Shown: positions 1 to 9,665, counted from the first letter of the stretch. The stretch is 32,000 bases of DNA from Methylophaga frappieri (GCF_000260965.1 NC_017856.1:930001-962000); one strand, 5' to 3'. Made by a program: numbers and translations. Notes: generated from the sequence alone by a model not told the origin.

Positions 1-496
1 TGCGGCGACGGGGGCTGCCGTTGCGGTTGATCGCCGTACGACAGGCGCCATGATTGATGATCAGGGCATTGAGTTTAAGGCGAGTTCTGAAATTTATAAG
101 AATAAAGATATCCATGATCAGAGCCATATTAACGTCACCAGTTTTAATGGTGTTGTCCTAGTTACCGGGGAAACCCCATCAGCAGCGCTGAAAAAATCCG
201 TTACCAATATCATTCAAGATATCCCCCGTGTTCGAAAGGTTTACAATGAATTGGCTATTCTGGCACCCAGTGCGGTTGCCTCACGCACCAGTGATACTTG
301 GATAACCTCAAAGGTAAAATCCAAATTATTGGCTGATAAAACCACTAAAGGCCTGAATACCAAAGTCGTCACTGAACGCGGTATTGTTTACCTGATGGGT
401 AAAATCAAACGCAATGAATCCGATAATGTCGTGCGGGTTGTTCGCAGTACCGGAGGGGTACAAAAAGTGGTTAAAGTTTTTGAATATATCGACTAA
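1..496 (+). CDS. BON-domain periplasmic/outer-membrane lipoprotein (DolP/YraP-like), 5' partial
   Basis: The reading frame is open from position 2 (AATGAAVAVDRRTTGAMIDDQGIEFK...). The 'DRRT.G..IDDQ.IE.K' signature and a second BON-like repeat (SDTWITSKVKSKLL...VVTERGIVYLMG) are typical of YraP/OsmY-type BON proteins. The gene start lies upstream of the window. Confidence 0.7.
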   Translation, partial: AATGAAVAVDRRTTGAMIDDQGIEFKASSEIYKNKDIHDQSHINVTSFNGVVLVTGETPSAALKKSVTNIIQDIPRVRKVYNELAILAPSAVASRTSDTWITSKVKSKLLADKTTKGLNTKVVTERGIVYLMGKIKRNESDNVVRVVRSTGGVQKVVKVFEYID

Positions 497-510
497 AACC
501 AACTCACATT

Positions 511-536
511 AAAAGCCCCGCCCAAGCGGGGCTTTT
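511..536. terminator. Bidirectional rho-independent terminator between convergent genes
   Basis: aaaagccccgc-ccaa-gcggggctttt is a perfect GC-rich stem flanked by an A-run and a T-run. It sits between the stop of the BON gene (496) and the stop of hemJ (539). Confidence 0.8.
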
Positions 537-538
537 AT

Positions 539-964
539 TTAAAATGGTTTGACCACAGCAAGAATAACGATAGCAATCAAAATAAATACCGGCAATTCAT
601 TGAACCAGCGAAAAAACACATGGCTACGACGATTACAACCACGGGCAAATTGGCGTAAATAGTATCCACAGACGGCGTGATAAACAATCAGTAAGCCCAC
701 AAGTGTCAACTTGGCATGCAACCATCCCATCTGCACCAGTTGCGCGGTAGGATAAAAGCTGGCGAGCCAGACACCGAACAGGATTGTCAATATCGCACTC
801 GGGGTCATAATACCGCGATATAGCTTCCGCTCCATCACCTTAAAACGATCCTTGCCTGCCTGATCAGCGGTTTGTGCGTGGTAGACAAACAAACGTGGTA
901 AGTAAAACAAGGCTGCAAACCAAGTTACAACGAAAATAAGGTGAAATGCTTTAACCCAGAGCAT
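539..964 (-). CDS. hemJ: Protoporphyrinogen IX oxidase HemJ (UPF0093 membrane protein)
   Basis: 141 aa, 4 TM. The N-terminus MLWVKAFHLIFVVTWFAALFYLPRLFVYHA is the conserved HemJ signature, and length and topology fit. Confidence 0.8.
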   Translation of the reverse strand: MLWVKAFHLIFVVTWFAALFYLPRLFVYHAQTADQAGKDRFKVMERKLYRGIMTPSAILTILFGVWLASFYPTAQLVQMGWLHAKLTLVGLLIVYHAVCGYYLRQFARGCNRRSHVFFRWFNELPVFILIAIVILAVVKPF

Positions 965-1019
965 GATAACCCTCTATTGAATGATGCTAAACTCGATCGT
1001 ATCAGCTACGGAGCGCACT

Positions 1020-1415
1020 ATGTCAGACACCTTGACCGAACAACGCCGCTTTACACGTATCCCCTTCTCGGCAATCGCACACCTCCACTCTGGCCAAACC
1101 GAGTCGTACCGTGATTGCCAGGTGCTTGATCTGTCTCTAAACGGCTTACTGATGCAAATTCCACAAAATTGGCAAGGCAAGCTGGGGCAGTCTTTTTCAA
1201 TATTACTGCAAGTTAGCGACGATCAGATTGAAATCACGATGCAAGCCAAAGTCGCGCATATTTCTTCCACCGCGGTTGGTTTTCAATGTCAACAAATTGA
1301 TTTGGACAGTATCAGTCACCTGAAGAAATTAATTGCTTTAAACTTGGGGGATGAACGTCTTCTGGATCGCCAGCTCCTCGCCTTAACGCAGAGTTTAAAG
1401 CCAACTACTTCGTAA
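1020..1415 (+). CDS. PilZ domain-containing protein (c-di-GMP binding)
   Basis: Carries the PilZ motifs RxxxR (QRRFTRIPF) and D/NxSxxG (DLSLNG). The ATG at 1020 is preceded by GGAG at 1010-1013. The upstream ATG at 981 has no RBS and lies 16 nt from the divergent hemJ start. Confidence 0.7.
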   Translation: MSDTLTEQRRFTRIPFSAIAHLHSGQTESYRDCQVLDLSLNGLLMQIPQNWQGKLGQSFSILLQVSDDQIEITMQAKVAHISSTAVGFQCQQIDLDSISHLKKLIALNLGDERLLDRQLLALTQSLKPTTS

Positions 1416-2783
1416 CATTTCAATCGCCGCGGATAAGTGCTGAACTGGCTTTACTTGCATTTCTTTAATCGGTTTTTTAGGGGCATTTGCAGTTGGCACA
1501 ATCGCCATCTTAAAACCGTGTTTTGCCGCATCGCGAATCCGCTCTTCCCCACCCTGAACGGGACGAATTTCCCCTGTTAGCCCAACCTCGCCAAATAAAA
1601 CCAAATCATGAGGAAGCGCCTTATTCCTCAAGCTGGAGATGACGGCGGCTAATACAGCAAGGTCTGCACCAGTTTCGCTCAGCTTGACACCACCCACGAC
1701 ATTGATAAACACATCCTGATCATGGCAGGTAATGCCGCCGTGTCGATGCAAAATGGCCAACAACATCGCCAGCCTGTTTTGTTCCAGACCAACTGTGACC
1801 CGACGTGGATTACCCAGCTGGCTTTCATCCACCAATGCCTGGACTTCAACCAGCATTGGTCTACTCCCTTCCCGAATCACCGTGATGACACTGCCTGGCA
1901 CTGCCTGCTCGCCGCGCGACAAGAAGATTGCGGAAGGATTGCTGACTTCGCGTAAACCCAGCTCAGTCATCGCAAATACGCCCAGCTCATTGACGGCGCC
2001 GAAACGATTTTTGACTGCTCGAAGAATCCGATACCGTGTCGAGCTATCTCCCTCAAAGTATAAAACCGTATCCACCATATGTTCGAGAACACGTGGCCCA
2101 GCCAACGCACCCTGTTTGGTAACATGCCCAACCAGAATCATCGTGGTACCGCTGGATTTAGCGAATCGTACCAGCTGAGCCGCGCTCTCACGCACTTGGG
2201 CAACCGTGCCAGGAGCAGACTGCAGTAATTCTGTGAAAACAGTCTGGATAGAGTCAATCACCATGACTTGCGGTTGTCGTTGCGTTGCCGTTTGGATCAT
2301 TTGTTCGGCATGAGTTTCTGCTAAAAGATCGACTGGCGTCTCTTGTAATTGAAGTCGTTCAGCACGAAGTTTAATCTGCTGTAATGATTCTTCACCACTG
2401 ACATAAAGTGGGTTGAGACCATTTGTGGCAGCCATCATCGCCATGGCCTGCAATAATAGTGTTGATTTGCCAATTCCTGGATCGCCGCCAATTAAGACAA
2501 CGGATCCTGTCACTAATCCTCCACCCAGCACCCGATCCAGTTCCGGCAATCCCGTCGACCAACGAACCGCTTGTTCTGATGTGACTTCTTGTAATCGCTG
2601 TACTTGCGGCTGTTGTTGTCCGGCATAGCCACTGTGTCGACTAATCATTGCTTGTGCAGACGAACCCGCCTGAACTTCTTCTGTCAGGCTGTTCCAGGCA
2701 CCGCAATCATTGCAACGCCCGGCCCATTGCGGTGTTTGTGCCCCACACTCGCGGCAAATATAAATCCGTTTCGACTTAGCCAT
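1395..2783 (-). CDS. radA: DNA repair protein RadA/Sms
   Basis: Has the N-terminal Zn finger (YICRECGAQTPQWAGRCNDCGAWNS), Walker A (GGDPGIGKST), the KNRFG motif and a Lon-like C-terminal domain. The MAKSK start at 2783 has an AGGAAA RBS and overlaps the alr stop by 8 nt. Confidence 0.95.
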   Translation of the reverse strand: MAKSKRIYICRECGAQTPQWAGRCNDCGAWNSLTEEVQAGSSAQAMISRHSGYAGQQQPQVQRLQEVTSEQAVRWSTGLPELDRVLGGGLVTGSVVLIGGDPGIGKSTLLLQAMAMMAATNGLNPLYVSGEESLQQIKLRAERLQLQETPVDLLAETHAEQMIQTATQRQPQVMVIDSIQTVFTELLQSAPGTVAQVRESAAQLVRFAKSSGTTMILVGHVTKQGALAGPRVLEHMVDTVLYFEGDSSTRYRILRAVKNRFGAVNELGVFAMTELGLREVSNPSAIFLSRGEQAVPGSVITVIREGSRPMLVEVQALVDESQLGNPRRVTVGLEQNRLAMLLAILHRHGGITCHDQDVFINVVGGVKLSETGADLAVLAAVISSLRNKALPHDLVLFGEVGLTGEIRPVQGGEERIRDAAKHGFKMAIVPTANAPKKPIKEMQVKPVQHLSAAIEMLRSSWL

Positions 2784-3855
2784 TGACGACTTTCCTGGTA
2801 ACACGACCCGCTAACACCGTTGTTAACTCATAAGGAATTGTCTGTGCGGCCTTTGCTTGTGCCTCAACGGGTAATAACGGCGTTCCCCAGAGTGTCACCT
2901 GATCGCCAGTGGTCGCTTCAGGACAGTCATCCAACAAAATACAAATTGTGTCCATGGAAACGCGGCCAATAACTGGCAGTAATGTCTCACGAATCACCAC
3001 TTGACCTCGGTTTGTCAGATGTCGGCTAAAACCATCGCCATAGCCGATACTCACTACGCCCATGCGACAAGAGTGGACTGCCACCCACTCGCCGCCATAG
3101 CCAACCTGATCACCCTTTTGTAATTGTTGTGTTGCAATTAACACGGATTGGAGTTGCATCGCTGGCTGTAGCCCCAAGTCAAGACCAGATTGATCTGCAA
3201 ATGGCGAAATACCATATAGCATTAGCCCAGGCCTCACCCAATCATGATGGCTGTCCGGCAAATTTAGCACAGCCGCGGAATTCGCCACACAAATTGGCAG
3301 CTCTGTCTCCTCAGCCAAGTCTTTTATGACATCAAGTTGACTTGCATTACGCGGGTCATCTCGCAAATCAGAGTTTGCAAAGTGACTCATCAAGCCGACT
3401 TTGTCCGGGAAAACTTGAATCAACGCCGCAATCAACTCACGGATAACCGATGCAGACAAGCCCAGGCGATGCATACCGGTTTCCAGCATCAGCCAGACAA
3501 AGGGGATGCGATTCGCTGACGGATGACGCAACCAATTAACATGCGCTTGCTGATGAATCACCGGACATAAAGCAAATTCGGCTGCAAGTTGCATCTGTTG
3601 CAGGCTGTGCACGCCCTCAAGGATCACAATACGTTGTTCAAAACCAAGTTTGCGCAGTTGAATCGCTTCGTCAAGCCGTGCCACCGCAAAGGCATCGCTG
3701 TCTGATAATGCTGCCGCCACCTGAGCAACACCATGACCGTAAGCATCCGCCTTGATAACCGACATCACCTGGCTTTGTGGTGCCAGTTGACGCACTTTTT
3801 TCAGATTATGACGCAGCGCGCTCAGATCGATACGGGCAAAGGGGAAGTTGTTCAC
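2776..3855 (-). CDS. alr: Alanine racemase
   Basis: 359 aa with the PLP-lysine motif VIKADAYGHG. It sits in the canonical dnaB-alr position, and its start overlaps the dnaB stop by 4 nt. Confidence 0.9.
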   Translation of the reverse strand: MNNFPFARIDLSALRHNLKKVRQLAPQSQVMSVIKADAYGHGVAQVAAALSDSDAFAVARLDEAIQLRKLGFEQRIVILEGVHSLQQMQLAAEFALCPVIHQQAHVNWLRHPSANRIPFVWLMLETGMHRLGLSASVIRELIAALIQVFPDKVGLMSHFANSDLRDDPRNASQLDVIKDLAEETELPICVANSAAVLNLPDSHHDWVRPGLMLYGISPFADQSGLDLGLQPAMQLQSVLIATQQLQKGDQVGYGGEWVAVHSCRMGVVSIGYGDGFSRHLTNRGQVVIRETLLPVIGRVSMDTICILLDDCPEATTGDQVTLWGTPLLPVEAQAKAAQTIPYELTTVLAGRVTRKVVNG

Positions 3856-5264
3856 AAATCGCCATCACCATAATCTTGATAATAGGCAGGGGCAAAGTTT
3901 TCAAACCGGGTGTATTTACCCTGAAAAGTCAGCGCGACGGTCCCAATCGGGCCATTCCGCTGTTTACCAATAATGATCTCCGCTTTACCTTTATCTGCCG
4001 AGTCCGCGTTATACACTTCATCGCGATAAATAAAGACAATCACATCGGCATCCTGCTCTATCGCGCCAGATTCACGCAAGTCCGACATTACCGGCCGTTT
4101 ATTTGGTCTTTGCTCCAGAGAACGGTTCAACTGTGACAACGCAATCACCGGGACATTCAGCTCTTTGGCGAGTCCTTTTAATGACCGGGAAATTTCAGAA
4201 ATTTCTGTTGCTCTGTTTTCGGCCTGACGTCCCTGACTTCCCGACTGCATCAGCTGTAAATAATCAACGATAATGAGGCTCAAACCATGTTCGCGTTTAA
4301 GCCTTCTTGCCCGGGCACGCAATTCTGTGGGGGATAAACCACCGGTATCATCGATAAATAACGGCGCATCATTGAGCAGTTGGATGGCCGAAGTCAGCCG
4401 TGGCCAGTCTTCATCGTTGAGTTTACCGGTCCGCAGACGATGCTGATCAATTCGCCCCAAGGAAGAGAGCATCCGCATGGCCAGAGAATCTGCCGGCATC
4501 TCCATGCTGAATACCGCAACGGGCTGCTTGGCTTGGATGGCCGCATTTTCTGCCAGATTCATGGCAAAAGTGGTCTTGCCCATAGATGGCCGGCCAGCAA
4601 CAATAATCAGGTCAGCCGGTTGCAACCCTGAGGTTTGCTCATCAAAATCGACAAAGCCAGAAGGCAGGCCGGTAACGCCACTGTCTTGTTCAAAAAGCTC
4701 ATCAATCCGATTCACAACAGAGCTGAGCACTTCTTTGACCTGAACAAAGCCATTACCACGACGAGCGCCTTTTTCGGCAATTTCAAAGACCTGCTTCTCT
4801 GCGTCATCAAGCAGATTCTCGCTGGTTCGACCTTCGGTACGAAACGCCATATTGGCGATGCGATTTCCAGTCTGAATTAATTGCCGCAGAATTGACCGCT
4901 CACGGACAATGTTGGCATAAGCAGCAATGTTGGCCGCGCTTGGCGTATTACGGGTTAAGGCACCGAGATAGGCAAGATCACCGACCTTGTCAAGTTCATC
5001 TCGCTGGTCATGATATTCCGCCAGCGTAACGACATCAACGGGCTGGGCCCGCTCCATCAAATATTCAATAGCACGGAAAATAAGTTGGTGATCACGCCGA
5101 TAAAAATCTTGCTCAACAACTACATCGGCAACTTGTTCCCAAGTGCTGTTATCAAGCATCAACCCACCCAGCACAGACTGTTCTGCTTCGACTGAATGAG
5201 GCGGGACCTTTAAATCCTGCGTGGCATTATCCTGAAAATCATCGGAATAATTTATTTGTTCCAC
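3852..5264 (-). CDS. dnaB: Replicative DNA helicase DnaB
   Basis: 470 aa. Has PPHSVEAEQSVLGGLMLD at the N-terminus, Walker A GRPSMGKTTF, and RecA-like C-terminal motifs (IIVDYLQLM, SQLNRSLEQR). Confidence 0.97.
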   Translation of the reverse strand: MEQINYSDDFQDNATQDLKVPPHSVEAEQSVLGGLMLDNSTWEQVADVVVEQDFYRRDHQLIFRAIEYLMERAQPVDVVTLAEYHDQRDELDKVGDLAYLGALTRNTPSAANIAAYANIVRERSILRQLIQTGNRIANMAFRTEGRTSENLLDDAEKQVFEIAEKGARRGNGFVQVKEVLSSVVNRIDELFEQDSGVTGLPSGFVDFDEQTSGLQPADLIIVAGRPSMGKTTFAMNLAENAAIQAKQPVAVFSMEMPADSLAMRMLSSLGRIDQHRLRTGKLNDEDWPRLTSAIQLLNDAPLFIDDTGGLSPTELRARARRLKREHGLSLIIVDYLQLMQSGSQGRQAENRATEISEISRSLKGLAKELNVPVIALSQLNRSLEQRPNKRPVMSDLRESGAIEQDADVIVFIYRDEVYNADSADKGKAEIIIGKQRNGPIGTVALTFQGKYTRFENFAPAYYQDYGDGDL

Positions 5265-5313
5265 AGGCAGACATCCCAGGATAGTTGGCGTTTATTAATC
5301 GATAGCACACCAT

Positions 5314-5341
5314 AACACACAGGCAAGGCTGCCTGTGTGTT
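5314..5341 (-). terminator. Perfect 12-bp stem-loop downstream of rplI (possible terminator or processing site, no U-tract)
   Basis: aacacacaggca-aggc-tgcctgtgtgtt lies 16 nt after the rplI stop on the minus strand. It is not followed by a T-run on either strand. Confidence 0.35.
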
Positions 5342-5356
5342 AGATGTCAGGCAAAT

Positions 5357-5905
5357 TTAAGCCTCTTCTTGCGCTTTTGCGATGGCTTCCTGCTCTTCAC
5401 GAGCAGCATCGCGGGCTTTTTTCGCTTCTTCAGCCGCCGCCTTCGCTGCGATTTCTGCTTCAGAAGTGATGTTCACATCAATGGTGACCAGAACATCAGC
5501 GTGCAGCTGAACGTCGATCTGGTATTCACCTGTGTGACGTAATGGTCCAGTCGGCAAGCGAACTTCGTTGCGATCCACGTCCGCCCCTTTAGCATTAACG
5601 GCATCAGCAATGTCAGCAGCTGTTACCGAGCCGAACAATTTACCTTCCACACCGGCATTAGCCATGATGCGCACATTACCCGCTGCTTTTAATTTAGCTT
5701 GACGTGCTTCCGCTTCAGCCAGCAGTTTTGCTGCTGCTGCTTCTAACTCCGCACGGCGCGCTTCAAATTTTTCGCGATTACTCTTGGTAGCCGGCAGGGC
5801 TTTGCCTTTTGGCACCAAGAAGTTACGACCAAAACCCGATTTGACGGCAACTTCATCACCCAAATTGCCTAGTCTTTGAACTTTTTCCAGCAAAATTACT
5901 TGCAT
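5357..5905 (-). CDS. rplI: 50S ribosomal protein L9 with an Ala/Glu/Lys-rich C-terminal extension
   Basis: [36 protein letters not shown] is the L9 N-terminal domain. At 182 aa it is longer than the roughly 149 aa typical of L9. Confidence 0.95.
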   Translation of the reverse strand: MQVILLEKVQRLGNLGDEVAVKSGFGRNFLVPKGKALPATKSNREKFEARRAELEAAAAKLLAEAEARQAKLKAAGNVRIMANAGVEGKLFGSVTAADIADAVNAKGADVDRNEVRLPTGPLRHTGEYQIDVQLHADVLVTIDVNITSEAEIAAKAAAEEAKKARDAAREEQEAIAKAQEEA

Positions 5906-5928
5906 CGTTCTACCCTCATTCGCAGTGA

Positions 5929-6861
5929 TTACTGCTTTTCAATTGACTTCGCATTATCCAAAGGAAGTTTGCGAAAATTAAACCATTGTTCTGTTATACC
6001 AAACGTTGCCAATAAACTGGCCATTTGTGGCGTTACCAATACCAATAACACATACATGGCTATCAACCAGCCCATCGCTTTCTGTTTTTGTTTGACAAGC
6101 GCATGCACGATAGCAATACCTTGTAACGTAAACAGCAACAACATCACCGGTAGCATATCGGCAAGCACAGGCAGCGCATCTAACATGCCACTGATTGACA
6201 AGACCATCAAAATGGCGGTTGCCACTGCTGGAACTTTGCCAAGTTTCAGGGAGCGAAACTCTTCCCCAAATGCCCCTGGCTCATAAAGCGAGGCCTGCCA
6301 AGCACGGCCAATCAATACCGCAACAATCGCATTAAACACGATAGCTGCGGCAAACAAGCCCGTCATTACCGTCGACAAGTTGGCAAACACGGCCTCTGTT
6401 TCGGAAACGCTTAATTGCCATCCCGGCTGATCCAATAACAACGCCACGAAAGGTTGCAACGTGGTTTGCCACCAGGCTGCCGGACTCGCCACCAGCACAT
6501 GCACGGCCGCAACACCAATCAGACCTATCAGGCCCGCCGTGATTAAAGCTTTTGCCAATGAGCGACTGAAACCCAGTACCAGGGTAATCAGATACACAGG
6601 CAACCAGGACGACACAAACAGTATCACCGCCAGTAGCGGTTGACTGAATATCCAGGTTGCGGCCAAGGTAAAGACCAGCAACGCCACCAGTAACACTTTC
6701 GCGCCTTCTCGTGGCCCCGTGCGCAGTGTTGCCAGCACCAGCAACCCGCTAGCAAGATAATTCAATGGTGGCAAAAATAATGCTGTCACCGCCAAAAAAC
6801 TCGCCGTTATTGCCGCTTGCCAGCGACCCTGCATGGCAAAATCTGCCAAGTTACGCAACAT
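5929..6861 (-). CDS. Polytopic inner-membrane protein (DUF2232/YybS-like) embedded in the rpsF-rpsR-rplI operon
   Basis: 310 aa with about 8 hydrophobic helices. It lies between rpsR and rplI, where DUF2232 proteins are found in several lineages. The family call rests on context and topology only. Confidence 0.55.
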   Translation of the reverse strand: MLRNLADFAMQGRWQAAITASFLAVTALFLPPLNYLASGLLVLATLRTGPREGAKVLLVALLVFTLAATWIFSQPLLAVILFVSSWLPVYLITLVLGFSRSLAKALITAGLIGLIGVAAVHVLVASPAAWWQTTLQPFVALLLDQPGWQLSVSETEAVFANLSTVMTGLFAAAIVFNAIVAVLIGRAWQASLYEPGAFGEEFRSLKLGKVPAVATAILMVLSISGMLDALPVLADMLPVMLLLFTLQGIAIVHALVKQKQKAMGWLIAMYVLLVLVTPQMASLLATFGITEQWFNFRKLPLDNAKSIEKQ

Positions 6862-6894
6862 TTGTATAACCGTTTGGTTACCGAAATACGCTAA

Positions 6895-7122
6895 TTATTT
6901 GTGCATATCGCAATATGGCAATAAAGCCAGAAAGCGCGCACGTTTCACACAAGTCGACAGCTGACGCTGGTAACGTGCTTTGGTACCTGTAATCCGGCTA
7001 GGCACAATCTTGCCGGTTTCGGTGATGTAGTTCTTCAACAGATTTACATCTTTATAATCAATTTGCTTTACGCCTTCAGCGGTAAAACGGCAAAACTTTC
7101 TACGTCTAAAAAAACGTGCCAT
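6895..7122 (-). CDS. rpsR: 30S ribosomal protein S18
   Basis: 75 aa: [47 protein letters not shown]. Confidence 0.97.
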   Translation of the reverse strand: MARFFRRRKFCRFTAEGVKQIDYKDVNLLKNYITETGKIVPSRITGTKARYQRQLSTCVKRARFLALLPYCDMHK

Positions 7123-7148
7123 GAGTTATTCTCCTATCAACTTAAGAC

Positions 7149-7496
7149 TTAAGATGCTTGACGTTCTGTTTTTTCGTCATCTTTGCGCATCATGGGTGAA
7201 GGTTCGGTAACCGCTTCATCCATAGTCACAACCAAATGACGAATAACGGCGTCATTGAAACGAAATGCAGTCGTCACTTCATTCAGTTGTGCGACATCAC
7301 ATTCGACGTTCATCAAGACATAATGTGCTTTATGTACTTTGTTGATGGAGTAGGCCAATTGACGACGGCCCCAGTCTTCCAGACGATGGATTTGACCACC
7401 ATTACTCGTCAGCGTTTGACTGTAACGTTCGATCATACCCGGTACTTGCTCACTCTGATCAGGGTGGACCAGAAACACGATTTCGTAATGTCTCAT
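7149..7496 (-). CDS. rpsF: 30S ribosomal protein S6
   Basis: [25 protein letters not shown]... is the classic S6 N-terminus. The protein has an acidic C-terminal tail. Confidence 0.97.
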   Translation of the reverse strand: MRHYEIVFLVHPDQSEQVPGMIERYSQTLTSNGGQIHRLEDWGRRQLAYSINKVHKAHYVLMNVECDVAQLNEVTTAFRFNDAVIRHLVVTMDEAVTEPSPMMRKDDEKTERQAS

Positions 7497-7609
7497 TTGA
7501 GCTCCTCACGGTTTAAACAGCTTTTGACCTATTGACCAAAAGCAAGGAGTTTTACCATTAACGTAAATTGTTAAGGTAATCAGACATTTTACTGCATTTT
7601 ATTGTGCTG

Positions 7610-8416
7610 TCACAAGCCACGTTGACGCGTCGCTTCAAACAAGCAGACGCCAGCGGCGACGGAAACATTGAGGCTCTCGGCCTGGCCTTGCATTGGTATC
7701 AGTACAACATCATCACAATGCTCTCGGGTTAACCGACGAATTCCCTTGCCCTCAGCGCCTAACACGATACCAAGCGGCCCCGTCAAATCTGCCTGATAAA
7801 GGTTTTTATCTGCCTCACCCGAGGTGCCAACCAGCCATATCCCATGCTGCTGCAAATCTTTTAAAACACGTGCCAGATTGGTGACTTGCACAAATGGCAC
7901 GCGCTCAGCCGCACCACTGGAGATTTTTATCGCCGTTGGCGTTAATGTCGCAGCCCGATCTTTAGGGGCAATGACAGCATGCACCCCCGCCGCTTCAGCA
8001 GTCCGTAAACAAGCGCCTAAATTATGGGGATCCTGTACCCCATCCAAAATCAGCAAAAACGGTGCCTCAGTGAGATCAGCCAGTAATGCCATTAACTGGG
8101 TTTCTGAAAGAGTTTCCAGTGGTTTGACACGTGCTACGCAGCCCTGATGCTGCAAGTCTGGAACCAGTTGTTCGAGCGCTTTACGACTAACGCGTTGCAC
8201 TGGCACTGAATGCGATGCCGCAATCGTTAGAATCGCCTCCACTCGGGGGTCATGCCGTTCGTCAGCCAGCCAGATCTCACTAACCCGGGTGACTGGTGCT
8301 TCCAATGCTGCCTGAACGGCATGGAAGCCATACAACCAAGATGACTCGCGTTCGGAATTGCTCTCAATGTTGGCCTTACGGCGTTTGGTAGGCTTCAGTT
8401 TCTTGTCCTTCAACAA
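7610..8416 (-). CDS. rlmB: 23S rRNA (guanosine-2'-O)-methyltransferase RlmB (SpoU/TrmH family)
   Basis: Has the YGFHAVQAAL N-terminal L30e-like domain and SpoU motifs (LDGVQDPHNLGACLRTAEAAG, LGAEGKGIR, SLNVSVAAG). The Lys-rich N-terminal extension makes the exact start uncertain. As drawn, it overlaps the 3' end of the upstream gene by 41 nt. Confidence 0.85.
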   Translation of the reverse strand: MLKDKKLKPTKRRKANIESNSERESSWLYGFHAVQAALEAPVTRVSEIWLADERHDPRVEAILTIAASHSVPVQRVSRKALEQLVPDLQHQGCVARVKPLETLSETQLMALLADLTEAPFLLILDGVQDPHNLGACLRTAEAAGVHAVIAPKDRAATLTPTAIKISSGAAERVPFVQVTNLARVLKDLQQHGIWLVGTSGEADKNLYQADLTGPLGIVLGAEGKGIRRLTREHCDDVVLIPMQGQAESLNVSVAAGVCLFEATRQRGL

Positions 8417-9050
8417 TCGGTTTCACAATAATCTCAACCCGACGATTCAATTGCCGTCCTGCGGCGGTTTCATTGGTCGCACGCGGCGCCAATTCACCAC
8501 GCCCCATCGGCTTGAGTCGTTCAGTAACCACACCACGCGCAGCGAAATAATCACTGACCGATCTGGCTCTGCGCTCAGAAAGTTGTTGATTATAACTTTC
8601 TGAACCGGTGCTGTCGGTATGACCGACGACATGGACGACGGTTTTTGGATATCGTTGCAACACATCGGCAACTTTATTCAATGTAGGCTCAAATGCCGGC
8701 TTTATTGCTGCACTATCAATATCAAATGATACTTCATTGGCAATATCAATTTTTAAAGACTCATCTTGAAGTTGCTGAATTTGTAACTCATTACGAGCCC
8801 GTTCATCGGCTAAGGCGGCTTCCATTTCCCGTTGCTGATTGTCCATGTAGCGGCCAACACCCGCACCAGCCAATGTGCCAACGGCCGCCCCAGCGAGAAC
8901 ACCACCTGCACCATCATCCACAGCATAGCCAATTAAAGCACCCGCAGCAGCGCCAATCGCTGCACCTGATTTAGTTTGTTTATTGGGATCATTCGTTGCA
9001 CAAGCCGCCATCGCCAAACTTATCATTGAGACCAGCATGATTCTCTGCAT
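8376..9050 (-). CDS. OmpA-family lipoprotein with a glycine-zipper segment
   Basis: The ATG at 9050 is preceded by AAGGAG. Has a lipobox (LAMAAC), a Gly-zipper (GAAIGAAAGALIGYAVDDGAGGVLAGAAVGTLAGAGVG) and an OmpA C-terminal peptidoglycan-binding domain (VVGHTDSTGSESYNQQLSERRARSV...NRRVEI). The longer ORF reaching 9176 is rejected. Confidence 0.85.
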   Translation of the reverse strand: MQRIMLVSMISLAMAACATNDPNKQTKSGAAIGAAAGALIGYAVDDGAGGVLAGAAVGTLAGAGVGRYMDNQQREMEAALADERARNELQIQQLQDESLKIDIANEVSFDIDSAAIKPAFEPTLNKVADVLQRYPKTVVHVVGHTDSTGSESYNQQLSERRARSVSDYFAARGVVTERLKPMGRGELAPRATNETAAGRQLNRRVEIIVKPIVEGQETEAYQTP

Positions 9051-9143
9051 ATCGCTTTCTCCTTTTAAAACTAAATTGCGGATTTCTGGATCCACAAGGT
9101 TTGGCTGATTATACTGATTTTCAAGTTTTCTCATTGAGACATA

Positions 9144-9665
9144 ATGCACATGGCAGACGCCTTCATTCCCATTCAAATCGCCGTACTAACGGTATCTGAC
9201 AGCCGCACAGAGGTAACTGATACCTCCGGCAAATTACTGGTCGATAGACTTCAGTCAGCCGGCCATGAATTGGCTGACAAGCGCATTGTCGCCGACGATA
9301 TTTACCAAATCAGAGCCATTGTTTCTGTTTGGATAGCCGATCCGGATATCGACGTTATTTTGACAACAGGCGGCACCGGGCTAACTGGCCGAGATGGTAC
9401 CCCTGAAGCGGTTAGTGCTTTATTCGATAAAACCATTGAGGGCTTTGGCGAGTTATTTCGGCATGTGTCTTTTGCATCGATTAAAACCTCGACCATTCAG
9501 TCCCGTGCCATTGCCGGTGTCGCAAATGGTACTTTTATTTTTGCGTTGCCCGGCTCATCCGGTGCCTGCCAGACAGCGTGGGATGACATTCTGCAATCGC
9601 AGCTGGATGCCCGTCATCGACCCTGCAATTTTATTGATTTGATTCCCCGACTTCTTGAAACATGA
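9144..9665 (+). CDS. moaB: Molybdenum cofactor biosynthesis protein B
   Basis: Collinear with the E. coli MoaB pattern: [10 protein letters not shown]...DTSG...[11 protein letters not shown]...EGFGELFR...[24 protein letters not shown]...[11 protein letters not shown]. Confidence 0.85.
   Translation: MHMADAFIPIQIAVLTVSDSRTEVTDTSGKLLVDRLQSAGHELADKRIVADDIYQIRAIVSVWIADPDIDVILTTGGTGLTGRDGTPEAVSALFDKTIEGFGELFRHVSFASIKTSTIQSRAIAGVANGTFIFALPGSSGACQTAWDDILQSQLDARHRPCNFIDLIPRLLET

Noticed and set aside
974-1180. A 68-aa minus-strand ORF overlapping the PilZ gene start.
   Set aside because: It is antisense to a motif-bearing CDS, lies only 10 nt from hemJ, and has no RBS or recognisable features.
1722-2786. 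Several plus-strand ORFs (1722..1955, 1732..2178, 2413..2628, 2604..2786) inside radA.
   Set aside because: They are antisense to the unambiguous RadA frame and have low-complexity Pro/Ser/Thr/Arg-rich translations.
9051-9176. The upstream extension of the OmpA-lipoprotein ORF ([21 protein letters not shown]...).
   Set aside because: The internal ATG at 9050 has a strong AAGGAG RBS and starts directly with a lipoprotein signal peptide and lipobox. The extension would bury the signal peptide and overlap the moaB start region.
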